Made by a program: the position numbers and the translations under genes. From Podarcis pityusensis (Eukaryota): a DNA stretch of 55,526 nt. The stretch lies in the NCBI GenBank assembly GCA_964106645.2, contig CAXKZF020000196.1; one strand, 5' to 3'. This document shows, piece after piece, positions 1-10,454 of this stretch. Position 1 is the first letter of the stretch. The number at the start of each line of letters is the position of its first letter. The notes beneath the pieces are model-generated. The model saw only the letters and a program-made list of their open reading frames with translations, had not been told where the DNA came from and did no database searches.

Positions 1-878
1 AGGGGAACGACGAACACACCGTCCGTAAACGTCTCTTGTCTCAGCTCCTGCTGGGCGACCTGCAATGCCAGGCGCGTCTTGCCCACGCCCCCTGGCCCCG
101 TCAACGTAATAAGCCGCGTATCCGACTTGGCGATCAGTCCAGCGAGCTCGAGAAGTTCCAGATCACGCCCCACAAACGAGCTGTACCGAACAGGAAGGTT
201 ATGCCGTCGAAATTCATGGCTCGCGCTGCGGAAGTGCGCCCTCGCTTCGTCGTGCGTGAGCCTCAGCTCGAGACCGTAGTCGCGTGCTTCGCGCTTCAGC
301 TCGCTCACGCTTGGGCTATCCACTGCGATCAGCAACCGGTGCAACCGAGAGAGCATCTCAGGCTCGGGCTCGGACGCACCGCGAACCCCGTAGGCAGCCT
401 CAGCCCACTCGGCCCCCCGCTCGAAATCCCCCTTGCACGCTTCCGCTTCTGCCTTGACCAGGAGGGCGCTACGAAGGCGCGTAGCGAGAAACTCTCGAGT
501 GGCGTAGACCCACTCCTCGAGCTCCACACTCCACTCACGCAGATGAAGCCCCTCCAGAAATCTACCTTTGTAGAGCGTTTTAGCGTTTTGTACTTTCCCG
601 GCCTCGAGAAGGTTCAAAAAGTCCGATGCATCGGTATCGAGTACCGCCTCGACCCTTGCCCCACTGAGCACGATCGCGTCGGGAACTCCACGGCGAAGCT
701 GCTGCAAAGCCATCCGCACGCTCGTCATGGGTTCAGCCGCGCCGTGCCAAAAAAGCTCGGCTAGATGATGGCGGTCTCTGGGGCCTTCAAGCGTCAGATA
801 GGCCAAGAGCAACAGGAGCTTGGGGCGCGGGAAAGCGGCCCCCTCGAGCTCGAGCCCGCCCAACATGCGCAGGTACAT
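1..878 (-). CDS. AfsR/SARP(BTAD)-like transcriptional activator fused to a STAND/NB-ARC ATPase; frameshift near 780; runs off the left edge
   Basis: My minus-strand translation (not in the ORF track): MYLRMLGGLELEGAAFPRPKLLLLLAYLTLEG|RDRHHLAELFW...LYKGRFLEGL...ELEEWV...HNLPVRYSSFVGRDLEL...LITLTGPGGVGKTRLA (Walker A). TATAAT lies 5 nt upstream of the ATG. Confidence 0.85.
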   Translation of the reverse strand, partial: MYLRMLGGLELEGAAFPRPKLLLLLAYLTLEGPRDRHHLAELFWHGAAEPMTSVRMALQQLRRGVPDAIVLSGARVEAVLDTDASDFLNLLEAGKVQNAKTLYKGRFLEGLHLREWSVELEEWVYATREFLATRLRSALLVKAEAEACKGDFERGAEWAEAAYGVRGASEPEPEMLSRLHRLLIAVDSPSVSELKREARDYGLELRLTHDEARAHFRSASHEFRRHNLPVRYSSFVGRDLELLELAGLIAKSDTRLITLTGPGGVGKTRLALQVAQQELRQETFTDGVFVVP

Positions 879-893
879 GAGCCATTATAGGCG

Positions 894-942
894 CGTTTTA
901 CGCCCGTTTTACGCCCTCACAACTAGACTCACCTCGACTCAC
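894..942. promoter_or_regulatory. Tandem direct repeats, candidate SARP-type operator between divergent genes
   Basis: CGTTTTACGCC twice with an 11-bp period (894-915) and GACTCAC twice (926, 936). Confidence 0.55.
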
Positions 943-990
943 AAGGTCAATTTGGAGGCTAAAGTGACTGGACGAACCACCCGTACAAAT

Positions 991-1661
991 ATGCCCTTCT
1001 ACCTCATCGCCGGGTTGCTTCTGGTTTTTCTTGGAACTGCCTGCGGCAGTACCAGTCAAAACCCTGGGGAGGAAATAGCGGCGCATGTCCGCTAGCTGAC
1101 ACCGAAATCCTCAGCGCCTCCTTGACCCTGAGCTACAGCGGTTCCGGGCAAGACGAAAGCAGCACGGTCAGCCTTGAGCGGGGGGCAGAGGTGACGTTTC
1201 TGATGGAGAAAACCCCAGACGGGCACTGGGTCAGCGGCACGATGTCCGGCAGGGCTCGCATCCACGACACGTACACCACGCCTTCCTACACGGACGAGAT
1301 TAGAGGTGACGCCACACCCCTAGCGGCCTCTTGGGCCACCCTTCGGCTCGAGGAAGACTGCACACTGTCTGCCGAGATTAATCTGGTCGTCGAGGCCGAC
1401 AACAGCACCATCTCCCGCACAGCACCATCCGGTGTCGCCACGATTTACCTTGTAGGACTAGAGACCGACATGCTCAGCAGCACGGCAGACTTGCCCGCCC
1501 ACACCTGGTACTTCGGGCAATCGGGTAGTGGGGTAAGCCTAGCAGGCGGTGGTGGGGACTATACCGACACCTTCGCCCAGCCTCTAGGAATGATATTGGG
1601 CCACGACACGCTGGGAAGCGCCGCAGTGAGCTGGTCCTTTACCAAATTTTTAGCCGACTAG
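991..1661 (+). CDS. Lipoprotein of unknown function (frameshift near 1090)
   Basis: MPFYLIAGLLLVFLGTAC signal/lipobox after a GGAGG-like upstream sequence; continues into beta-rich ORF 1122-1661. Confidence 0.6.
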
Positions 1662-1751
1662 ATGGTCACGTACCCCTCACACCTCATCTGAAGCAATTGA
1701 GTCAAAACCCCTGGAGCTTATCCGGGTCTAACCGAAAGGAAACGAGGCACC

Positions 1752-3070
1752 ATGTCCCGACTGATTGCTGCCACACTCACTGTCTTTTCCCTTACCGCCT
1801 GCGCCTCTCGGGCGTTCCTGGCGCTCCCCAGTTACCCCATCCACCCGGCGGGAGCGACGCTGCGCCACTTCATGACACCATCGCCTACGCAACCAGCAAT
1901 GGTGACGGGATCCGCCTCATCAATCCCGACGGCAGCGGTGACCGCCCCCTATGGGCACACGCTCAGGCCGACCCCGAAGAGGTCTACGAGGTGTGGAACA
2001 TGGCCTGGAACAAAGAGGCGACCGAGCTCGCCTTTAGCAGCACCCACGAGAACTGGTGCTCGCTCTACCACAGTGACATCTTCTCCCTCGGCGCAGATGG
2101 CAATGGTTACCGCCGGATCACGCAAGCACCCGCGTGCGCTGCCCTAGCGTCATACCCCAAGGGAACAGTGCAGGTGCCTGTCAGTAATCCCAGCTTCGAG
2201 ACGTTCTCGGGGTTTCTCTACTTTCAGGGAGCACCCAGCATTCAGCTAGTGAACTTGCCCCCAAACGGGCGCGGACTCGTGACCTTCGAGAACGTCGCCG
2301 ACTTTGGTCAGGGCGAGGCAGGTCTCCAGCTCGCTACCGTAATCGTGAGCCCCTACCGCGAGCTGCTCATCTCTACCGCCGTCGATGTCCAGGCGGGGGG
2401 TGTCGTTATAACACCTGAGGTAGCGGTCTTCACGCCGAGCGCTTCCTGGGAAACCTGGTCGCCGTCATGGCACGTGGAGGGCTCACGCATTGCCCATATC
2501 CTCAACGGCATCTCGCTGTGGCAGTTGCCCACTGCGCCGGGGGCGCTCGAGTTCGGTAGCTCGCTGCTCGCTGAAGGGGTACATGTCGGCGGTTACACGG
2601 GGCTGCTCGCCTGGGGTCCCACCCCTGCACGAGCACAAGACCTTCTCTACGCCGTCTCTTATGGCAGTTCGGGAGTTTATCTGGTGAGTGAAGGCAGCAC
2701 CGATACAGGCAGGCTGCTGGCTGACGCAGGCGCGTCCGAGGCAGTGTTCGGACTCGCTTGGCTGCCCGACGGCTCGGGCTTCGTCTACGCGGCGACTGAG
2801 GGCGATTACTTCGGAGAGAACCGCAGCAGCAACCTCTTTCTCTACGACTTTGCCAGCCAGCAGAGCACGCGCGTCACGAGCTTCGTCGGAGACTTTGTCG
2901 GGCAGGTGAGCGTATCGGGTGACGGGCAGCGCTTCGTGCTCGAGCGCGCCGACAACCTGAACGAGAGTCAATCTGCTCTCGTTGCACCCGATCTGTGGCT
3001 CATCAACCGTGACGGCAGCGGCCTTGTGCCGCTAGTCGAAAACGCTTATGCCCCTGCCTGGAGCCCTTGA
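1752..3070 (+). CDS. TolB/PD40-like beta-propeller lipoprotein (frameshift near 1810)
   Basis: MSRLIAATLTVFSLTAC lipobox, then in ORF 1697-3070 the motifs INPDGSG, AWLPDGSGFVY, SVSGDGQRFV and PAWSP. Confidence 0.75.
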
Positions 3071-3171
3071 CAGAGTTAAGCCTGATTCAGATACCTTCGC
3101 ATACTGGCGCATCCCCATCGCAAACCCCTAAGATGCGCGAGTGCTTTGGAGGAGACAATCTCGAGCTTTTA

Positions 3172-3200
3172 CCCCTCACCTACCGACGGTAGGTGAGGGG
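3172..3200. terminator. Inverted repeat, probable terminator
   Basis: CCCCTCACCTACCG-A-CGGTAGGTGAGGGG downstream of the lipoprotein genes. Confidence 0.55.
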
Positions 3201-3527
3201 CGCTTGTTCTTGACTTCACGTTTATAAAGAGGAGGCGGGCTGTGCTCGTGACCAAGAACATGTCCAAGGAGGCAGCGATGCGCTAATGCAACCTCAAGAA
3301 GCACCGGGATGTGTAATTCAAGCAAAACGCTAGCATCCCAGTGTGTGGGCTAGAACCCGGAGCGCTGAAATAAGAAAGGTGTCAACTGGAAGGGCTTACC
3401 TGTGTCCGTGTAGCACAGCGTCGCAGCATCAAATGGGACGGTCCAATTCCAACAATCGTTACAAGTCCCCTGTAATAATGCTCAAGGTGCTCTCTTTATC
3501 TCTGGTTATGAGCGTGTGGGCTAACGC

Positions 3528-4317
3528 ATGAAGGTAGGCTTGGGTCAGTACCGCTCCGTCCCTTGTGGGTTATGTGAGTCCGTTCTGGCGTCAGACTCTA
3601 TTGTTGCTTACCTTTCTGCTCGCTGGGGTGGCCTTGCAGCTCGTGAGCCCGTATCTCCTCTCGCAGTTCATCGACGTTGCAACGAACGGGGGTTCGTACG
3701 CCGTACTTGTTCGCCTGGCGATCCTGTTCCTGGTGCTCACCGTTGGCATTCAGCTGCTGTCCGTAGCCGAAGCGTACGTCGCAGAGAACCTAGGGCTCAA
3801 GGCGACCAACGAACTCCGGGCGGACCTGACCGAGCACGTCCTCGGACTCGACATGACCTTCCATAATGGCCAGACCCCCGGGGCGCTCATCGAACGGATC
3901 GACGGGGACGTGGGGCGACTCAATAACTTCTTCTCGCGCTTTGCTGTCGATCTGCTCGGTAACGGCCTCCTGATGCTTGGCGTGCTCTTCGCCCTCGCTT
4001 CGATCGACCTGCGGGTAGGCGCCGCCTTAGCAGTGTTCACGCTACTGACCTTTGTCGTCGTCTACGTGTTGAGGGATGTGGCAGTGCCCCACTCCCGCGC
4101 CTCAAGAGAAGCCGACGCGGAGCTGTTCGGTTTTCTGGAGGAGCGCCTGGCCGGTACCGAAGATGTGCGCTCGAGCAAACCGAATGAAGGTCGTTTTTAC
4201 CAGGCACTGGACTCTGAACCCCGCACCTCTTGGGAACGCGACAACGCAGGTAAACCACGTTGGAACAACGTCCGGCGCAACGTCAGCGGCCTCTGGCACA
4301 CCCTGCGTAAGCACTAA
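3528..4317 (+). pseudogene. Truncated ABC exporter (transmembrane domain only) fused in frame to an unrelated fragment
   Basis: ABC_membrane motifs (LDMTFHNGQTPGALIERIDGDV, FLEERLAGTEDVRSS). Homology ends at CTCGAG near 4170 and there is no ATPase domain. Confidence 0.8.
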
Positions 4318-5109
4318 AGCCTGTACCACTCTTATCGAGTTGGTGTGCTGTCGCTGTAAAAGGACAGCGCGCCTTTTTTATCTAGGTGTGACCCCTTGTC
4401 CAAGCTCGAGGAGATCCTCGAGCACGCTGAACCTGCGAGACTTGTCGCAGTTGGAGGACGAGTGAGCGCCTATAAAAAGTTAGTGCTAAGTAATCCAGTT
4501 ACACGTCTTGCCGCTGCTCTCGTTGCGCTTGCGGTACTCATTATTATGCTGGTAGTGAACACCGCAAGGACGCTTACGGCCTTTTCGGGACCGTGCAGGC
4601 ACATGGAAAAGCTTCACGCCGAATATTCGGTTGCGTTGCCAAGGCCGATGCTCGAAGCAAGAGCCGGAGGTCTTCCAGCACCCAGTGGGAGACCCCAGCT
4701 TTTTCAGCCTGATGCTATGAGCGAGTTCACCCGGCGCGAGTACGGAAGCGCAAGACGGCGGTGTGAGGCAAGCTAAAGCCGGCCATACCGACAAGGAACA
4801 ACGGGCCGGGTTGAAAGGGTGCCGCTGTACGACCGGACAACGACATCTCAAGTTTAGTGAGGTTGAACAAAAGCGATAGATCCAACTGTCAGGAGAGTAA
4901 GGTACAGACATAGAAAACCCCACTGCACGGAAAAGTGCACAGCGGAGTTTTATGGCCTCTACCGTAACTGCTTTCCCTCGGGGCGGATGGAGACAGCACA
5001 GGGTCTGCACATGCACCCTCTGACATAAGTTCGGACGAGCCAAATTGTCATTTTAGCTGTTAATCGTTAAGTATTCCCAGTGGCATAATGATTTGTGGAG
5101 GAACAACCT

Positions 5110-5293
5110 ATGCAAGACGATGAGTCGGTGAGCCACGGCTTTGTGTCCCCTTGGTTTATAGATCGAGCAGACGAGCCAATTAAGCTGAGCAACGAGGTTG
5201 CCAAGACAGACTATTTCCCTCACGATTTTCCGATAGATGACGCGCTTGTACTTCCAGCCCACACCACGAGCAGCGAGAAAAAAAGCTGCTTGA
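5110..5293 (+). CDS. Small acidic hypothetical protein (about 60 aa; possible A-run frameshift at the end)
   Basis: GGAGGA RBS before MQDDESV..., followed by a strong palindrome. Confidence 0.35.
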
Positions 5294-5305
5294 CACGCAC
5301 ACCGG

Positions 5306-5339
5306 AAAGAAAGTTCCGACTCGAGTCGGAACTTTCTTT
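5306..5339. repeat. Perfect 34-bp palindrome (possible bidirectional terminator)
   Basis: AAAGAAAGTTCCGACTC|GAGTCGGAACTTTCTTT. Confidence 0.75.
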
Positions 5340-5577
5340 ATATGTTCGATGAAGTGGTCGAGGGACAAGGGACACAGTGTGCCACGTTTTGTCGAAGTCG
5401 CAGAAGAATAAGCCTTGCACCTCACTCGGGTGAGAAGCAGGACGGATTAAAGAGTAAACCCTGCCTCAGACGAGGAAACCCTCAGCTGTAGGTCGGTGCT
5501 TAAAAAGAGATGAAGGTCAGTCGGGCCACCCTACTTCAGCAGATCAACCCTACTTTTGCGGCAGGCCTAATAGATAG

Positions 5578-6348
5578 TTATGCTGTACTAACGTAGCTCG
5601 ATATAGAGTCTGCTGCCTTTTTCGTTTGTTCGATCAAGGTCTCACGACGTCTTGCTAGCCGAAACTCAGGCACGATCGTACTGATAGAGCCTTCCACAAC
5701 ACCTGTTGAGGTAAAAATCGGCGCTGAAACACTCCACAGACCATGTGTAACATCACCTACTGATAGGGCATATCCGTTTCGCCTAATATCTTCAATTTCG
5801 TTTAGCAACTCATCCTTTTTCGTACCGGGCAATGAGGGGTCCTGCTGCAGAAGTTGAAACGGTAACTCAGAGTCGAGATAGGGCAACATGCACTTCGCAG
5901 GGGCAGCGTGCAGAAAGTCAAACTTTTTTCCCCTCAAGGCTACAAAGCGCAGCGCGAGTCGGCTGTCAACTACATCGATGCATACCGTGTAGTCCTGAGC
6001 GGGTACGACAAAAATGACGGTTTCGTTGGTAGCTTTGGCCAGCTGATGCATGAAGGGTCGAAAGCGCGTATCGCTTTGAAGTTGCGTCTGATAAGCGGCT
6101 TCAAGCATTGAGCAGCGCGCGCCAAGTCGGTAGCCTACATGAGTTTCCCGAATAAGTTCTGCATCTTTAAGAACGGAAACATAACGGTAGGTTGTGCTTA
6201 GAGGCAGATCGAAACTCTCAGCTAGCTCTTTGACAGTGCAGCTGCAGCTTGACCTTTCGGCAAAGAACATCAAGATGTCGATTAGGCGACCAGCACTCTC
6301 GAGCTGTTGAGACTTTCGTGTTATGGTTCGTCCTCTAGCACTAGCCAT
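5578..6348 (-). CDS. IclR family transcriptional regulator
   Basis: N-terminal HTH (TVKELAESFDLPLSTTYRYVSVL) and C-terminal IRRNGYALS...SVSAPIF. GGAGGG RBS before MASARG. Confidence 0.9.
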   Translation of the reverse strand: MASARGRTITRKSQQLESAGRLIDILMFFAERSSCSCTVKELAESFDLPLSTTYRYVSVLKDAELIRETHVGYRLGARCSMLEAAYQTQLQSDTRFRPFMHQLAKATNETVIFVVPAQDYTVCIDVVDSRLALRFVALRGKKFDFLHAAPAKCMLPYLDSELPFQLLQQDPSLPGTKKDELLNEIEDIRRNGYALSVGDVTHGLWSVSAPIFTSTGVVEGSISTIVPEFRLARRRETLIEQTKKAADSISSYVSTA

Positions 6349-6413
6349 TTTTCCCTCCAAGCGAACCCATATTGTGTACTGCTGAGGCATTCACGGCAAC
6401 CTATTTCCCAACC

Positions 6414-6432
6414 ATTCTCGCACAATGAGAAT
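6414..6432. promoter_or_regulatory. Candidate IclR operator 1
   Basis: Palindrome ATTCTC-GCACAAT-GAGAAT, with a similar copy at 6605. Confidence 0.55.
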
Positions 6433-6604
6433 AGGCTTTTTCGGTTTGAAGTAGCAAGTGTCTTGCCTCAACCTGCTTGAGCATGTATGACACCTGCTCG
6501 CTTCAAAGCAGAGGCTTTCCGTGTCAGTGCCGCCAAACCTATAGATTAAAGTCGGAAAATTGCTGGATCTGTACGTCTATTATACCACAACAAGTGATTT
6601 TTGT

Positions 6605-6623
6605 ATTCCCGCTAGATGAGAAA
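6605..6623. promoter_or_regulatory. Candidate IclR operator 2
   Basis: ATTCCC-GCTAGAT-GAGAAA resembles the 6414 site and lies upstream of the cupin operon. Confidence 0.5.
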
Positions 6624-6755
6624 CGCTACTCTCTTGCCTTATTCATGACCCTATTGAACTAGGGTTGATGGGCTGCTACTCTTGCGTCAAGCAAACCAGA
6701 AATTTCTAGCTTGCCGCGAACGAGCGCTCACGTAAATTCATCAGGAGGTTTAAGG

Positions 6756-7179
6756 ATGCGTAAGAACGTAGTATTGGCTCTATTGGCTGGTCTTAGTATA
6801 AGTTTAGGGCAAAGTGAATCTGGGGGTGCTGCTGACGTGCCCGGGAACTTGCAGCTCGAGCATGTTGAGGGCGTCGAGGGTATGGAAATTGCGCCCTGGG
6901 GAGACGGTATCCCGGCATTCTTTGAGGACGTTATGTCCGTTGGCAACCCTGAGGCTCCCTTGACTTGCGCCATGTTCCGAATGGAAGCAGGCGAGCCGCT
7001 CGTGTACACCTACGAGTACGGACGACATCAAATACGTGCTCGAAGGCTCATTCACCGTGTCGGACGGCAATAGCGAGGTTACGGCGGTTAAGGGCGACGT
7101 GTTACGCTTCCCCGCTGGCTCCACCATCACCTTTACCTCTGAAGATTATGGCCTTGGGTGGGCTTGCGGGAACCGCTAG
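6756..7179 (+). CDS. Secreted EutQ-like cupin protein (frameshift near 7020)
   Basis: AGGAGG RBS and signal peptide MRKNVVLALLAGLSISLG. Joined frames give LVYTYEY-DDIKYVLEGSFTVSDGNSEVTAVKGDVLRFPAGSTITF, the EutQ/cupin_3 pattern. Confidence 0.75.
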
Positions 7180-7266
7180 AACGTAACCACAAGCGAGAAG
7201 ATTTATAGCGTCAAGTGGGTGGCTAGACTTTGTCACCCACTTTTGCCTAGGGGGTTAAAAGCCATA

Positions 7267-8817
7267 ATGATTACAAACCGTACCGCACTCATATTGACTA
7301 TTTCAGCTATTGGTTTAGGTGCTGCTTCTGCGCAAGAAAGCACACCGACACTCAACCTCAAAGACCTCACTGAAGGCGACCCCTTCTTTTATACAAGCGA
7401 TCAGAATATCGACCATCAAGATGGCGAAGTGGCCTTCATGGGTCCGGGTCGCCCTAACAAAACCCACTCCCAGATTCCACACTTGCCCTTTTACATGGGA
7501 TACATGCAAACCAATGCCACCTACCGCTTTGTGACTATTGCCGAACAGGTTTTCAGCATGCTTGGTGAGGGTAAGCACGGCTTGTGGCGTGTGCAAGAAA
7601 ACGGCACCATTCGCGAATACCTTAAACCGGGGACTCCGTGGATTGCCCGAAGGTGCAGACATTTTTGCTCCCGAAAACCAACAGATCATCGAAAACAACT
7701 ACGCCGCATACCTCGAGGGCGACCCGGAGTTTTACCGGCTACCTGCGCACAAGGTAACGGACATGAATTTAAATTATCTAGACCTTCCCATCACCCACCC
7801 TAAATACGAAGGTAAGTACGAAAACCATGAGACCGTTGATCTGCCAAACTGGTTTTGTACACCATGTCTCAAGGCGGCTTTCCCGAAGCAGCAAATGCCA
7901 TGAAATTTGCCTTCAACCAGGATGGGGCGAATAAAGTCGGGCCTTTAGGTCAACGCGCTGGACTCGACGTAAAGGAAAACTACACCAATGTTTTGCGGCT
8001 CGAGCACTTCCCTGATGCACGTTCTTGGGTCAATGTAGGTCAAGAAGGTCAAGATGACCTTCATGTCAAATGGGAAGCGATCGATACCACCAAGACTGAA
8101 GCGGAGTATTACCTCGTCGAACGTCCCTTTTTCAATACCCCGTACCTTTTCTTGACAGCAGTTTTTAACAACGAGGACAACAATGACTTTGAGTACGTTC
8201 GGCCCGATGGCTACTACTATGAAAAGCTCAAAGAGCTTGGCATCGATCCGAAAATTGATCTGACCCAAACCCCAAGGTTCCACCTTGGTGACAATCGGCT
8301 TGAGGAGGTCATTGGAACACCGCTCTACGGCGTACATCACCCCAATAGAGCTGCCTATGGTGGTGGCGGCGCTTGTCCGTTACGCGGTGGCGATTGGGCA
8401 GATTATCCTAAAACCTCGGGTGGCTCAGGGTGGCCAACGCAATACGAAGAAGTTACACCCCTTTGCGATGGCGTTTTGATCGACATCAAGCTGTTCGCAA
8501 ATCTCGACGGGCGGGACTGGGACGATCCAAACAAGAACCTCGCCAATGCGGGCGTCGGCACGGACACGGTTACGTACACGATAGAACCTGGTATGTACGG
8601 AGAATTTACCGATCCTTACCTCACCGAGAATAACGTTGAAAACCCAGATGCTCAAGATCTCCCAGGCAAAATTACGCTTACCTATCCAGCTGTTGAGCCT
8701 CCTGTAAGCTTTAACGAAACGGAAAGCCTGAGTGCCCATGAGATTATGGTGCCCTCCCAGCAAAATGCCTGCCGTCCGCTTTACCAAAATGTACACGCGA
8801 GCGTTTCCAACCCGTAG
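7267..8817 (+). CDS. Large secreted protein of unknown function (about 515 aa; frameshifts near 7635 and 7855)
   Basis: Signal peptide MITNRTALILTISAIGLGAASA-Q. Three overlapping ORFs (7219-7803, 7538-7903, 7855-8817) join at homopolymer runs. Confidence 0.65.
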
Positions 8818-8893
8818 CTTGAGGGCAGGAGCGGATTACTAGTCCTAAATCACGAGTAGCATCAAGCCATTGTTATTAAGCGAAGGAGCAAGC

Positions 8894-9289
8894 ATGGTTC
8901 ATTTCGAAGAAGCCCAGCGGATAATCCAAGCTGCCATCGAAGAAGCGACAGCCATAGGACAGCCCATGTGTATCGCCGTAGTCGATTACGGCGGACACAC
9001 AATAGCCTTTGCCCGAATGGACAAAGCCTGGATTGGAAGTATCGATATCGCACACAAAAAGGCATGAACCGCCCGCGCTTTCGCTATCTCAACGAAAGAG
9101 CTAGGCGAAAATAGCCAGCCTGGAGACCAGTTTTTCGGCATCCAGGAATCGAACGACGGTCGTGTCATGGTGTTCGCCGGGGGGCTACCTCTTTGGGTAG
9201 ATGGCGGAGTTGTCGGCGCGGTTGGTGTTAGTGGTGGGTCGGGTGCCCAAGATCAACGTGTTGCGGAAGCAGGGGCAGCTGCCTTTTAA
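8894..9289 (+). pseudogene. GlcG/HbpS family heme-binding protein with an in-frame TGA at a Trp position
   Basis: IAVVDYGG...ARMD...SIDIAHKKA*TARAF...FAGGLPL...VGAVGVSGGSGAQD; AAGGAG RBS. Confidence 0.85.
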
Positions 9290-9395
9290 GCGTTTTTGAA
9301 ATCTAAGCTCAAGCTCTGATCAATGCCAGGGCTTCGGATTAAATCGGTATAGATACCACAACATTACTGGGTTTATAGATCACGCCACTATATAT

Positions 9396-10396
9396 AACCT
9401 GAGCTCGGAATTTCCAGGTCAAGCGAGGAAGTATCTCCTAGGATAGGAATAGCTAAGACCCACCAAGGAGATACGGTTATGAGTCTACTCGAGTTGTTTG
9501 TCGACGTCGATGATTTCTGCCAAAGGTTCGAGTTCTGGGCTAGCAGCCAGCAGCTGCCCGAGCCGTCCAGGCGTGGCCCTAAGCCGAGACTGTCAGCCAG
9601 CGAGGTCATGACCATCGTTATCCATTTCCATCAACAGGGCTACCGGGACTTCAAGAGCTTTTACCAAAAGCACGTCTGTAAGCATCTCCTCGCTGAATTT
9701 CCCGATCTGGTTTCATACGGACGCTTCATTGAGCTGATGCCTCGGGTGATGCTGGTGTTGTGTGCCTACTTGCAGAGCCGCTTTGGCTCCTGCACGGGCA
9801 TCGCCTTTGTCGACAGCACGCCGCTAACGGTGTGTCACAACAAGCGTATTGAACGCCACCGGGTCTTCAAGGACTTGGCAGCACGTGGTAAAAGCACAAT
9901 GGGTTGGTTTTACGGTTTTAAGTTACACCTGATTGTCAACGAGCTGGGCGAACTGCTAGCTGTTCACCTCACCCCAGGTAATATCGATGATCGTAAGCCT
10001 TTGGCTGCCATGAGCAAAGACCTGTTTGGCAAGCTCTTGGGTGGCAAAGGCTACCTCTCCCAGTCGCTGGTTGAAACCTTATTAGAGCGCGGCTTAGAGC
10101 TCATTACGACTGTGCGTAAGAATACGTGTGCCCCAACGTAGTGGGTATGAAGGGTCAGCTGATGCTACTATCCGACAGGCTTCTGCTGCGTAAGCGCTTT
10201 ATTATCGAGACTATTGCTGATCAGCTCAAAAACGTCTCGCAAATCGAGCACACCCGCCACCGCAGCCCCTTCAATTTTGCCATCAATCTCCTGGCGGGTC
10301 TCGTCGCTTACACGCATCAGCCCAAGAAACCTTCGCTCCGTTTATCTCCCGATTTGACCCAGCTACCTGCTCTTATCTGAACCCCGAACTCAGGTT
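9396..10396 (+). mobile_element. IS982 family element; transposase 9479-10380 disrupted by a 23-bp insert
   Basis: TIRs AACCTGAGCTCGG and CCGAACTCAGGTT. Motifs FVDSTPL, GWFYGFKLHL, KRFIIET and HTRHRS. Confidence 0.9.
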
Positions 10397-10454
10397 CTTT
10401 TAGTGTAAATCAACCAATATGACCCAATTCATGAGCATAGCCGTGAGTGAGTAA

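Noticed and set aside
36-764. 242-aa plus-strand ORF
   Set aside because: It is the antisense shadow of the SARP/STAND gene on the minus strand.
4396-4776. 126-aa ORF whose start (MSKLEEILEH) resembles that of ORF 50994
   Set aside because: The similarity is limited to a CTCGAG-containing stretch, with no further homology or coding support.
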